Below, piece after piece: positions 9,194-17,817 of a DNA stretch of 39,202 bases. The position numbers and the translations under genes are program-made. The stretch is from the NCBI GenBank assembly GCA_039027595.1, contig JBCCKB010000001.1, positions 1-39,202 on the forward strand, given 5' to 3'. This DNA is from Pseudomonadota bacterium (GTDB lineage Bacteria > Pseudomonadota > Alphaproteobacteria > Rhodobacterales > Rhodobacteraceae). The notes beneath the pieces are model-generated. The model saw nothing but the letters and a program-made list of their open reading frames with translations. It was not told where the DNA came from and made no database searches. How positions within the stretch are numbered: position 1 is the stretch's first letter; every line of letters begins with the position of its first letter.

Positions 9194-9729
9194 CGCCGCA
9201 TCTCGCGGGCACACCGCAGCTCGAAACCGAGCGTCTGGTCCTGCGGGGCCCGGAAGGTCCGGACTGGGAGGGTTGGGCGCGCTTGGCGCTGAGCGAGCGA
9301 GCCCAGCATATCGGCGGACCCTATAGCCGTGAGACGGCGTTTCGCGCCTGGGGCCATGTGATCGGGCATTGGGCGATGCGCGGCTTCGGGAGCTTCGTGA
9401 TCACCCGCAAGGATACCGGTCAGGCCATCGGCCATTGTGGCCCTTGGTTCCCCGAGGGCTGGCCCGAGCATGAGCTCGGTTGGACAATCTGGTCGCGCGA
9501 AGACGAGGGCCAGGGCTATGCCTTCGAGGCGGCCTCCGCCGCCCGCGACCACGCGTTCCATACGCTCGGATGGCGCACGGCGGTGAGCTATATCGACGAC
9601 GGCAACCTGCGATCCATCGCCCTTGCCCGCCGCCTGGGCGCGACCCAGGACGAGACCGCTCCCAAACCCGACCATGACGCGCCGCCGATCCTTGTGTTCC
9701 GACACGCGCATGCCGCCTCTCGCCCATGA
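9190..9729 (+). CDS. GNAT N-acetyltransferase, RimJ/RimL type (copy 1)
   Basis: LETERLVLR, GWPEHELGW, EGQGYAFEAA, NLRSIALARRLG. Confidence 0.92.
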   Translation: MTPHLAGTPQLETERLVLRGPEGPDWEGWARLALSERAQHIGGPYSRETAFRAWGHVIGHWAMRGFGSFVITRKDTGQAIGHCGPWFPEGWPEHELGWTIWSREDEGQGYAFEAASAARDHAFHTLGWRTAVSYIDDGNLRSIALARRLGATQDETAPKPDHDAPPILVFRHAHAASRP

Positions 9730-10244
9730 CCACCACGACCCTCGAGACCCAGCGGCTGATCCTTCGGCCTCCCGACCCTCGCGACTGGGACGGCTACAAG
9801 GCCTTCATCCTGTCGACACGGGCCGAGCACGCCGGGCGCCAGACGGACCTGGGGGGCGCCTGGAACGCCTTTGCCGCCCATCTCGGCCACTGGCGAATTC
9901 GGGGCTTCGGCCTATGGGCCGTGACGCGAAAGGGCGAAGACCCGGCGATCGGTATGGTGGGCCCTTACTACCCAGGGCATTGGCCCGAGCACGAGCTGGG
10001 TTGGGTGCTCTTCACCGCCGCCGAGGGCCAGGGCTTCGCCACCGAAGCGGCGCGCGCCGCGCGCGGCCACGCCTACACGTCCCTCGGCTGGACCACGGCG
10101 GTCAGCTATATTGCACCGGGCAACCACCGCTCCATTGCCGTGGCCGAGCGCCTGGGCGCGGCTCTCGACCCCAACGCGCAACAGCCCAAGCCCGCGACCC
10201 CCTGCCTGGTCTACCGCCACCCCGCGCCAGAGGCCGCCCCATGA
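9726..10244 (+). CDS. GNAT N-acetyltransferase, RimJ/RimL type (copy 2)
   Basis: LETQRLILR, WPEHELGW, EGQGFATEAA, NHRSIAVAERLG. Confidence 0.92.
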   Translation: MTTTTLETQRLILRPPDPRDWDGYKAFILSTRAEHAGRQTDLGGAWNAFAAHLGHWRIRGFGLWAVTRKGEDPAIGMVGPYYPGHWPEHELGWVLFTAAEGQGFATEAARAARGHAYTSLGWTTAVSYIAPGNHRSIAVAERLGAALDPNAQQPKPATPCLVYRHPAPEAAP

Positions 10245-10768
10245 GCGTCGACTTCCGCATCCCCGAGATCGAGACCGAGCGGCTACGGCTTCGCCTGCCG
10301 CGCGCTTCCGACCTGCCCGATCACATCGCCTTTCGTGGATCCGAACGCGCCAAGGGCGTGGGCGGACCCTATGACGCCGCCTCCAGCGTCCACCATCTCG
10401 AGGGGATCATCGGCCAGTGGCAGCTCCGGGGCTACGGCCGCTGGATGGTGGCGGACAAGGAAACCGACGCGCCCTTGGGGCTCGTGGGCATCTACCACCC
10501 GGAGGATTGGCCCGAACCCGAGATCGGCTGGTCGCTCTACGCCGCCGCCGAGGGCAAGGGCATCGCGCTCGAGGCCGCCACCGCCACCCGCCACTATGCC
10601 TATGGCACGCTTAAGTGGACGCGGATCGTGAGCCTTATCATGCCGGATAACATCCGCTCGATCCGGCTTGCCGAGCGAATGGGATGCACCAAGACCCTCC
10701 CGTTCCAGCACCCGGAATTCGGCCAACTCGACATCTGGGTTCACCAGGGTCCCGGGGGCCGACCATGA
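10241..10768 (+). CDS. GNAT N-acetyltransferase, RimJ/RimL type (copy 3)
   Basis: IETERLRLR, WPEPEIGW, EGKGIALEAA, NIRSIRLAERMG. Confidence 0.92.
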   Translation: MSVDFRIPEIETERLRLRLPRASDLPDHIAFRGSERAKGVGGPYDAASSVHHLEGIIGQWQLRGYGRWMVADKETDAPLGLVGIYHPEDWPEPEIGWSLYAAAEGKGIALEAATATRHYAYGTLKWTRIVSLIMPDNIRSIRLAERMGCTKTLPFQHPEFGQLDIWVHQGPGGRP

Positions 10769-11349
10769 CCCCGGTCCATGAGTTGCCGCCCCCAAGGGGC
10801 CCTGCCGCCGACCTCGCGGACGGGATCCGTGGGGCGATCCCGGTGCTCGACACCCCGCGCCTCAGGCTCCGCGCCATGGAGATGGGCGACTTCGTGGTGA
10901 TGCTCGAGATTCTGAACGGTCCGCGCGGCGACGGCATCGGCGGGCCGATGGAGCGCCGGAAGGCTTGGTTCGACTTCACCCAGATGCAGTCCACCTGGAC
11001 CTGGCGCGGCCATGGCTGGTGGACGATCACCGATTGCAACACGGGAAAGATCCTGGGCTTCACGGGTCTCGGCTTCGAACCCGGGGACCTGGAACCGGAA
11101 CTTGGCTATTTCCTGACTGACGCCGCGGAAGGCCGGGGCTACGCGTCCGAGGCCGCCCGCGCCGTCCAGACCTTCGCCCGCGAGCGCCTGCGCTTCGCCT
11201 CGGTTGTCAGCTACATCAACAAGGACAATGCGCGCTCTGTGGCCGTGGCCGAACGGATCGGAGCCGTCCGCGACCCCGCCGCCGAGACGGCCCTTGGCCA
11301 AGACGACACCTTCGTCTACCGCCACCACCTGACCGGAGGCGCCCCATGA
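10765..11349 (+). CDS. GNAT N-acetyltransferase, RimJ/RimL type (copy 4)
   Basis: LDTPRLRLR, EPELGYFL, EGRGYASEAA, NARSVAVAERIG. Confidence 0.92.
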   Translation: MTPVHELPPPRGPAADLADGIRGAIPVLDTPRLRLRAMEMGDFVVMLEILNGPRGDGIGGPMERRKAWFDFTQMQSTWTWRGHGWWTITDCNTGKILGFTGLGFEPGDLEPELGYFLTDAAEGRGYASEAARAVQTFARERLRFASVVSYINKDNARSVAVAERIGAVRDPAAETALGQDDTFVYRHHLTGGAP

Positions 11350-11426
11350 CGCCCTGTGTACGCGCTGTGTACGCCCTGTGTACGCCCTGTGCGCCCCGAT
11401 TTCCCGCTCCAAGGACCGCCCGATGA
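11346..11426 (+). CDS. 26-aa micro-ORF MTPCVRAVYALCTPCAPRFPAPRTAR spanning the 11-bp repeat
   Basis: GGAGG SD at 11335-11339; ATGA overlaps with the GNAT4 stop and the chorismate mutase start. Confidence 0.4.
   Translation: MTPCVRAVYALCTPCAPRFPAPRTAR
11349..11396 (+). repeat. Tandem 11-bp repeat (ACGCCCTGTGT), about 4 units
   Basis: acgccctgtgt/acgcgctgtgt/acgccctgtgt/acgccctgtgc; related copy at 33572-33622 on the minus strand. Confidence 0.9.
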
Positions 11427-11722
11427 CCGACCCAACCTCCCGCGCTGCCACCCTTTTGGCCGACCACCGGGCGTCGATCGATCGGCTCGACGCCATCCTC
11501 GTCTACACCCTGGCCGAGCGGTTCAAGCACACGCAGGCCGTGGGCAAGCTCAAGGCCGACCATGCCCTTCCGCCCGCGGACAAGTCCCGCGAGGCGGCCC
11601 AGATCGAACGGCTCGAAAGGCTGTCGAAGGAAGCGGATCTCGATCCCGAGTTCGCCAAGAAATTCCTTGGATTCATCATCCAGGAAGTCATCCACCATCA
11701 CGAACAGCACCAAAATCTCTAG
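11423..11722 (+). CDS. Stand-alone chorismate mutase (AroQ/CM_2)
   Basis: RASIDRLDAILVYTLAERF, LPPADKSREAAQIERL; typical position before rpsP in alphaproteobacteria. Confidence 0.92.
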   Translation: MTDPTSRAATLLADHRASIDRLDAILVYTLAERFKHTQAVGKLKADHALPPADKSREAAQIERLERLSKEADLDPEFAKKFLGFIIQEVIHHHEQHQNL

Positions 11723-11734
11723 GAGAACAAAGAC

Positions 11735-12115
11735 ATGGCCATGAAAATCCGGCTTGCCCGAGGCGGCTCGAAGAAGCGCCCGCACTATTCCATCGTCGCC
11801 GCCGACAGCCGCATGCCGCGCGACGGACGCTTCATCGAAAAGCTCGGCACCTATAACCCGCTGCTTCCCAAGGACTCCGAAGAGCGCGTTAAGATGAACA
11901 TGGAGCGCGTCGAGTACTGGCTCGGCCAGGGCGCCCAGCCCACCGACCGCATCGCCCGGATGCTCGAGGCCGCTGGCAAGCTTGACAAAAAGGAACGCTC
12001 CAACCCGCAAAAGGCCGAACCTGGCAAGAAGGCCCAGGAGCGCGCCGAGGAGAAGGCCGCAAAGGCCGCCGAAGCGTCGGAAGCGCCCGCCGAAGAGGAG
12101 CAGGCGGCGGAGTGA
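11735..12115 (+). CDS. rpsP: 30S ribosomal protein S16
   Basis: [40 protein letters not shown]. Confidence 0.98.
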   Translation: MAMKIRLARGGSKKRPHYSIVAADSRMPRDGRFIEKLGTYNPLLPKDSEERVKMNMERVEYWLGQGAQPTDRIARMLEAAGKLDKKERSNPQKAEPGKKAQERAEEKAAKAAEASEAPAEEEQAAE

Positions 12116-12139
12116 TCCGCCCCTCACCTGCATAGAGCA

Positions 12140-12313
12140 TTGCCGTTTCTTGGGCTCCTCGGTCTCGGGCGGATTGGACGCTGGATCACACTGGCCCTGT
12201 GCGCCGGTGCGTTCTGGGCCGGCACCGAGATGCAGCACGCACTGATGGTGAACCGCTGCCTGGAGGCGGGCGGCACCATCGACGCGCGCGGCCTATGCCA
12301 CGGGCTCCGGTGA
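12140..12313 (+). CDS. Small membrane protein, about 57 aa, absent from the ORF track
   Basis: TTG start; [57 protein letters not shown]; its TGA overlaps the rimM GTG (GTGA). Confidence 0.6.
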   Translation: MPFLGLLGLGRIGRWITLALCAGAFWAGTEMQHALMVNRCLEAGGTIDARGLCHGLR

Positions 12314-12825
12314 AGGGGGCGCGGGTTTGTGTGGGCGCCATTGCGGGCGCCTACGGCGTCCGGGGCGAGGTTCGTCTGAAGAGTTTCTGCGCGGACCCGC
12401 GCGCAATCGCCGAATACGGCCCGCTCGAGACCGAGGACGGAACCCGATCCTTTACCGTAACTCTTGGAAATTCAGTAAAAAACGGCTTCTCGGCCCGGCT
12501 TTCCGGCATCCGTTCGAAAGACGCGGCCGATGGGCTCAGAGGCATCCGGCTTTACGCCGAACGGGGCCGTCTTCCGGCGCCGGAGGACGATGAATACTAC
12601 CATGCCGATCTGATCGGGCTTCGGGTTCTGGATACCGGCGGAACCGAGCTTGGGCAGGTCAAGGCGGTCCTGAACCATGGCGCCGGGGACATCCTGGAGA
12701 TCGCGGTCACCGGACACTCCGCCACCGCGCTCTTGCCATTTACGCGAGCATGCGTGCCCACCGTCGATCTCTTGGGTGGCCGGGTGATCGCCGATCCCCC
12801 GGATGGGGTGCTTCCGGAGGACTAA
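12310..12825 (+). CDS. rimM: Ribosome maturation factor RimM
   Basis: [43 protein letters not shown]; GTG start at 12310. Confidence 0.96.
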   Translation: MKGARVCVGAIAGAYGVRGEVRLKSFCADPRAIAEYGPLETEDGTRSFTVTLGNSVKNGFSARLSGIRSKDAADGLRGIRLYAERGRLPAPEDDEYYHADLIGLRVLDTGGTELGQVKAVLNHGAGDILEIAVTGHSATALLPFTRACVPTVDLLGGRVIADPPDGVLPED

Positions 12826-12872
12826 TCACCCTCGGGACGTGGTTTTTGCAAGAGCCCAAATCGCGTTAGATC

Positions 12873-13550
12873 TTACTCCTGCACGCCAGCACGCGCGGCG
12901 CCCCGGTATGTGTTAAAGGCCTCTCGAACCGGCGGCAGAAACGCCAGAAACAGCCCCATCCCAAGAAAGAGAACGACCATCAGCGGGATCCACAGCATGG
13001 CCGTCACCAACCCCACAGCGGCCGCGATATGCATGGCGCGGCGCGCAGGCAAAACGCGCAGAAGGCCCAGTTGAAACAGCCGCCCTCCATCCAGCGGGAA
13101 AACAGGCATCAGGTTGAAGATTGCGAGAAACAGATTGATATGCGCAACGGTCGCCGCGATCCAGCCAAGGTCGCGATAGGGCAGGTACGGGGCGGCCAAG
13201 GATGCCAGCGCCCACAGTGCGAGGTTGACGATCGGGCCCATGGCGACGACGAATTCGCTTTCGCGGGCCGTCAATGCCCGCCCGGGCTCGCAGAAACCGC
13301 CGCCGCCAAACAGCACGATCCGGCGAACCGGAATGCCCTGGATGACGCAGGCCCAAGCGTGTCCAAGCTCGTGCAGAAAGATCGATCCAACGAGAATCGC
13401 AAGAAAAATGGCGTCGTAATAGACGTAGTAGAGATCGCTGGTGCTGCGCCCTAAGGCCAGGACCACAAGCAAAAGAAGAGCGATGCTCGGTCGAATTTGA
13501 ACCGGCACGCCCCAAGGCCCGCGAAAGGTAAGGATCCGCAGATTTGTCAA
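12873..13550 (-). CDS. Site-2 protease (M50) family membrane zinc metalloprotease
   Basis: HELGH zinc motif, AMGPIVN, NLMPVFPLDGG; start uncertain (TTG 13550). Confidence 0.88.
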   Translation of the reverse strand: MTNLRILTFRGPWGVPVQIRPSIALLLLVVLALGRSTSDLYYVYYDAIFLAILVGSIFLHELGHAWACVIQGIPVRRIVLFGGGGFCEPGRALTARESEFVVAMGPIVNLALWALASLAAPYLPYRDLGWIAATVAHINLFLAIFNLMPVFPLDGGRLFQLGLLRVLPARRAMHIAAAVGLVTAMLWIPLMVVLFLGMGLFLAFLPPVREAFNTYRGAARAGVQE

Positions 13551-13707
13551 TGCGAGAGGTCTCCGTGCTGACCTGGCGCTTGGCGGATCGCATGGAATTA
13601 CGTCATTTCTGGACCAATGGCGTGGCGGCCCCGATTGACCCGCGGATTGATGCGACCCCACGAAGCAGCTAAAGAACCGCGGTCCCCCAACGAGCGTGTG
13701 GAGCCTC

Positions 13708-14502
13708 ATGGCAGAACCGCCCCGGAAGTCCCACGGCCGCCTGTCAATCCGTGCCTCGGCAGAGCCGCGCGATCTTATGGCGAGACCGGCGCTCGCCGGT
13801 GTGTGGCAGGCTCGGATCATCACGCTTTTGCCCGACGCCTTTCCCGGACCCCTTGGTCTCTCACTCATTGGCAAGGCGCTCAAAGACGGGATCTGGCAAC
13901 TGGCTCTGACCGATCTGAGGCGGTTCGGCGCCGGACGGCACCGAGATGTCGACGATACCCCTGCGGGCGGTGGTGCCGGAATGGTTCTGAGAGCCGATGT
14001 CATGGGCCGCGCGGTGGCGTCGACCGTGGAGGGCCTGCCCAACGATCCGGCGCGCTGGCCACGCATGTATCTCTCCCCCAGGGGCCGCAAGTTCGATCAG
14101 GCAATGGCGCGGCGCCTTGCACGGGCCGAAGGCATTATCCTCGTGTCGGGCCGCTTCGAGGGCCTGGATCAACGGGCGATCGATCATCTGGGCCTCGAGG
14201 AGGTGTCGATCGGGGATTTTGTCATGACCGGCGGCGACATCGCGGCATATGCAATGATTGATGCGATTGTTCGGCTGCTCCCTGGCGTTTTGGGCAATGC
14301 GGCGTCCACTGAGGACGAGAGCTTTTCAAACGGTCTCTTGGAGCACCCGCAATACACGCGACCCGCGCTTTGGGAAGGATCCTCAATCCCCGAGGTGTTG
14401 ACCTCTGGCGACCACGCTGCGGTGGAGCGCTGGCGCCGTGCACAATCGGAAGCCCTGACCCAGGAGCGCCGTCCGGACCTTTGGAAGAAACGCGAGGACT
14501 AG
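13708..14502 (+). CDS. trmD: tRNA (guanine37-N1)-methyltransferase
   Basis: VDDTPAGGGAGMVL, GRFEGLDQR, SIGDFVMTGG, LLEHPQYTRP. Confidence 0.97.
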   Translation: MAEPPRKSHGRLSIRASAEPRDLMARPALAGVWQARIITLLPDAFPGPLGLSLIGKALKDGIWQLALTDLRRFGAGRHRDVDDTPAGGGAGMVLRADVMGRAVASTVEGLPNDPARWPRMYLSPRGRKFDQAMARRLARAEGIILVSGRFEGLDQRAIDHLGLEEVSIGDFVMTGGDIAAYAMIDAIVRLLPGVLGNAASTEDESFSNGLLEHPQYTRPALWEGSSIPEVLTSGDHAAVERWRRAQSEALTQERRPDLWKKRED

Positions 14503-14761
14503 CGCCCCTGGAGGGCTCGGAGGCACAACGCCGAGCCTTGACTGCGCATCTTGGCCAGATCCCAATCTTTGCCACACCCCACGGTGCCCACATCACGGGC
14601 ATTCCGCGCCCATTTTCTGATCAATGGGATCGCTCAGCGGCCGCAAACGTCTTTTTTGCATCCCGTTTATGCCGCCATAACGCTGCCTTGACGCGCACGG
14701 TGTCCTAGTTCCAGCGCGCCAGCCCGATGCCAGGCGCAACAGGGATAAGAAAGGCGACAGA

Positions 14762-15679
14762 ATGTTGGAAACACAAACGACGCCGAGAAAATCCGGCGAC
14801 ACAGCGATGGCGTCCTACAGGATAGCTGGACAGTTTGACGTGCACGGTGAGCCTTCCGGAGCACGGGATCTTGCCCTCGGACCGTTTCGGCTTGGGATGC
14901 CGCACATGGACGCGGAGGGTGTCAGCCAAGGATGGCTCTTGCGCGAAGCCTGCCATCTTCAATGGATGAGCATCGCCGCCCGGCTCGGCGTCCAGCCGAC
15001 GGAGTTTCGCGACCGGCAGGGGCACCGCGTCCTGCCATCGGTCGTTGCGGCCACGCTCAATGGCGATGCCGCCCGTTTCCGGGAAGACGATCTCTGCGAC
15101 CTCTACCTCACCGAGCATCCCAACCCCGAAAACGGATGGCGCGGTCAGGTCGATCTGGTGAACAGCGCGGGCGGGCACGTGCTTCGCGCCGAGATCGTCA
15201 CCGCCTTCGCGCATCGTGCCGGACCGTCCAACAGGGATCTCGCGCCGGCCGATCTTGAGGCGGGTCTTCAAGCGCATCGCGATGGCGCCGCCGCGCGGCG
15301 GACCTCGGTCATCCGGAGGCTTGGCAACGCGCAGCGGGCGCAAGCGCGCCACGACCAGGACCCGCCCCATAGGGTGATCGAGATCGACCCTGGTAGCCAT
15401 TTGAACGGTGTTGGGCTGGTCTATTTCGCGGCGATCCACGACATGCTGGCGGGCACCGAGCGCCGGGCGATCCCCGATCTTGTGCGCGCCTGGCCCATGC
15501 GCGACCGCCGCGTCCATTTCTACGGAAATCTCGACGCGGGCGATCAGGTCGAGATCACATCGCGGGCCCGCGTCCGCGCCCTCACACCCGACGCGCATGT
15601 GAGCGTGGTCACCAACGCGCGGCGAGCGTCGGACGGCGCCGTGATCGCCGCCTCCGAAAGCCTTTATGGCGGGCCGTGA
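14762..15679 (+). CDS. Pnap_2097/LnmK-related putative double hot-dog biosynthetic protein
   Basis: RLGMPHM..GVSQGWLLREACHLQW, FRDRQGHRVLP and HLNGVGLVYFA motifs recalled from this family; alternative start ATG 14807. Confidence 0.65.
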   Translation: MLETQTTPRKSGDTAMASYRIAGQFDVHGEPSGARDLALGPFRLGMPHMDAEGVSQGWLLREACHLQWMSIAARLGVQPTEFRDRQGHRVLPSVVAATLNGDAARFREDDLCDLYLTEHPNPENGWRGQVDLVNSAGGHVLRAEIVTAFAHRAGPSNRDLAPADLEAGLQAHRDGAAARRTSVIRRLGNAQRAQARHDQDPPHRVIEIDPGSHLNGVGLVYFAAIHDMLAGTERRAIPDLVRAWPMRDRRVHFYGNLDAGDQVEITSRARVRALTPDAHVSVVTNARRASDGAVIAASESLYGGP

Positions 15680-15698
15680 GCGCGGACGCAGAAGATAC

Positions 15699-15727
15699 TT
15701 GATCGGGAACGACCTTAGCCCTATACC
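15699..15727 (+). promoter_or_regulatory. Putative sigma70 promoter of rplS-rpmE
   Basis: TTGATC -35 and TATACC -10 hexamers about 17-18 nt apart, roughly 200 nt upstream of rplS. Confidence 0.45.
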
Positions 15728-15936
15728 GCTCGGGCCCGTGGACTAAAGGTTCGCGGGTCGTTCGTTTCTAGCGTCCCTGTTCTTGGACACACAACCGAGC
15801 CGAACGTACACAGCAATGAGGTAAGCTGACCTGAACTCTCCGGCGGGGGCCGCGGCCAACCCGAGCAAGGACCCGGAGCTCTGAGGCGCGCGACATCTTC
15901 GCGGGATCAACCGCGAGCAATACAAGGAGTGGTCGG

Positions 15937-16314
15937 ATGAATCTGATCGCGGAGTTGGAAGCCGAGCACGTCGCCGCGCTTGGCAAGGACATTCCGGATT
16001 TCAAGGCGGGCGACACGGTTCGCGTTGGCTACAAAGTGACGGAAGGCACCCGGACGCGGGTTCAGAACTACGAAGGCGTCTGCATCGCCCGCAAGAACGG
16101 CGATGGGATCGCCGGATCGTTCACCGTCCGCAAGATTTCGTTTGGCGAGGGCGTGGAGCGGGTGTTTCCACTCCACTCGATGAATATTGATTCGATCACC
16201 GTGGTCCGACGCGGCCGGGTCCGGCGCGCGAAACTCTACTACCTGCGCTCACGCCGCGGTAAGTCGGCCCGGATCGCCGAGGATACCCACTACAAGCCCA
16301 AATCTGGCGCGTGA
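15937..16314 (+). CDS. rplS: 50S ribosomal protein L19
   Basis: [38 protein letters not shown]. Confidence 0.98.
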   Translation: MNLIAELEAEHVAALGKDIPDFKAGDTVRVGYKVTEGTRTRVQNYEGVCIARKNGDGIAGSFTVRKISFGEGVERVFPLHSMNIDSITVVRRGRVRRAKLYYLRSRRGKSARIAEDTHYKPKSGA

Positions 16315-16325
16315 GGAGCAGGCAG

Positions 16326-16547
16326 ATGAAGAAAGATACGCATCCCGATTATCACCTGATCGACGTCAAGATGGTGAATGGCGACGTTGTGCAGATGAAA
16401 TCGACCTGGGGCGGCGAAGGCGATACGCTGTCGTTGGAGGTGGACCCCAGCGTCCATCCCGCATGGACAGGCGGTGGCACGCGGCTGATGGACACCGGCG
16501 GACGGGTGTCCAAGTTCAAGAAGAAATACGAAGGCTTGGGATTTTGA
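16326..16547 (+). CDS. rpmE: 50S ribosomal protein L31 (Cys-free form)
   Basis: [30 protein letters not shown]; GAGGAG SD. Confidence 0.97.
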   Translation: MKKDTHPDYHLIDVKMVNGDVVQMKSTWGGEGDTLSLEVDPSVHPAWTGGGTRLMDTGGRVSKFKKKYEGLGF

Positions 16548-16574
16548 GTGCATCGGATCGCTGAGGCGATCCGA

Positions 16575-16638
16575 CGGGGGCGAGAGGGGCGCTGCCCCCC
16601 TCGCCGCTCCCCCCGGGATATTTGATAAGAGAAGAAGG
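16575..16638 (+). repeat. GC-rich REP-like palindromic element with GATATTTG..AGAAGAAG tail
   Basis: GGCGAG/CTCGCC and GGGGC/GCCCC stems followed by CCCCCCGGGATATTTG; resembles dispersed intergenic palindromes of Rhodobacteraceae; single copy here. Confidence 0.5.
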
Positions 16639-16737
16639 CGCAGCGGCGCCGACCTGCGGGTGGTGGCATCGCACGTGATTGACCACCGGTCACGCCGGGG
16701 CTAGGTCGGGGCCGATCACAGGTGTCGGTGAGGCAGC

Positions 16738-17769
16738 ATGAATATCGATCTTTTGCGCGCGCTTTGCGAAACCCCAGGCGTGCCAGGCCACGAAGACCGC
16801 GTTCGCGGGCTCATCGAGCAAGAGATCGACGGGCTCTTTGATCACGTCGAGACCGATGCCATGGGCTCGCTCTTGTGCCGCCGGAACGCTGACGACAGCG
16901 GGGCGCCCAAGGTGATGCTCCTATGCCACATGGATGAGATCGGCTTTCTCGTCAGCCATGTGAGCGAGAAGGGGTTTGTCTACCTCCAGAGCGTCGGTGG
17001 CTTCGATCCGCGCAACCTGTTTTCCCGCCGTGTGATGGTGTGCACCGAGACTGGAGATCTGAAGGGCGTGATGAACCCCGGTGGACGTCCGGTTCACATC
17101 GCCTCGCCGGAAGACAAGAAAAAGGTCCCTGAGCCGCATGAGTTCTTCGTGGATTTAGGCTTGGGCGAGGCGGCGCGCGATGTCGTTGCCGTGGGCGACA
17201 TGGTTGTCATGGATGAGCCGTTGATCGAGATGGGCGACAAGATTGTCTCGAAGGCGCTCGACAACCGCATTGCCTGCTGGCTTGGGATTGAGGCGATCAG
17301 AGGTTTGGCGGGCGCGGGCCGGGGTGCGGAAATTCACGTCGCCTTTACGAGCCAGGAGGAAGTGGGTCTGCGCGGCGCGCGCACCGCGGCGTTCAAGATC
17401 CGACCCGATATCGGGATCGGGATCGACACCACGCTCGCCTGCGACACCCCAGGGGTGCCGGAGCAGGACCGCACCACTGAACAGGGCAAGGGTTTCGGGC
17501 TCCATGTGCGCGACAGTTCGTTCATCGCAGATCGGGCATTGGTCGCCGAGATCGCCGCTCTCGCCCAGGCCGAAGCCATCCCGTTTCAGCGTACCATGCT
17601 GCGCTCGGGGGGGCAGGATGGCGCGGCGGCGCAGCAAGCCGCAGCGGGCGCGCGAGCCGTGGGCATCGTGGTGGGAACGCGCTACATCCACACCGTGACC
17701 GAGACGATCCATAAGAGTGATTTGATGGCGGCGCGGGACATCCTTGTGGCGTATCTGAAGAGTTTCTAG
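16738..17769 (+). CDS. M42 family metallopeptidase (FrvX/TET aminopeptidase-like)
   Basis: CHMDEIGF, KALDNR, QEEVGLRGA, RYIHT. Confidence 0.92.
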   Translation: MNIDLLRALCETPGVPGHEDRVRGLIEQEIDGLFDHVETDAMGSLLCRRNADDSGAPKVMLLCHMDEIGFLVSHVSEKGFVYLQSVGGFDPRNLFSRRVMVCTETGDLKGVMNPGGRPVHIASPEDKKKVPEPHEFFVDLGLGEAARDVVAVGDMVVMDEPLIEMGDKIVSKALDNRIACWLGIEAIRGLAGAGRGAEIHVAFTSQEEVGLRGARTAAFKIRPDIGIGIDTTLACDTPGVPEQDRTTEQGKGFGLHVRDSSFIADRALVAEIAALAQAEAIPFQRTMLRSGGQDGAAAQQAAAGARAVGIVVGTRYIHTVTETIHKSDLMAARDILVAYLKSF

Positions 17770-17817
17770 CCCAAGATTTTCAAATTCGAGCGACGCCACC
17801 GCTTTTCAGCGGCGAAA

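Noticed and set aside
8881-10768. Apparent 282-aa and 381-aa extended GNAT proteins in the ORF track
   Set aside because: Extensions are alternative-frame read-ins; true starts are the ATGA overlaps at 9190 and 10241
11347-11400. 11-bp repeat as a CRISPR array or a SECIS element
   Set aside because: No spacers or cas genes; the upstream GNAT and ALDH are complete at the UGA and no SECIS-like hairpin is evident
12873-14090. 405-aa version of the M50 protease
   Set aside because: The extension overlaps trmD on the other strand; protease-like sequence begins near 13550
16326-16547. L31 without zinc-binding cysteines as a zinc-starvation paralogue
   Set aside because: The Cys-free form is the usual L31 in alphaproteobacteria; no Zur box seen
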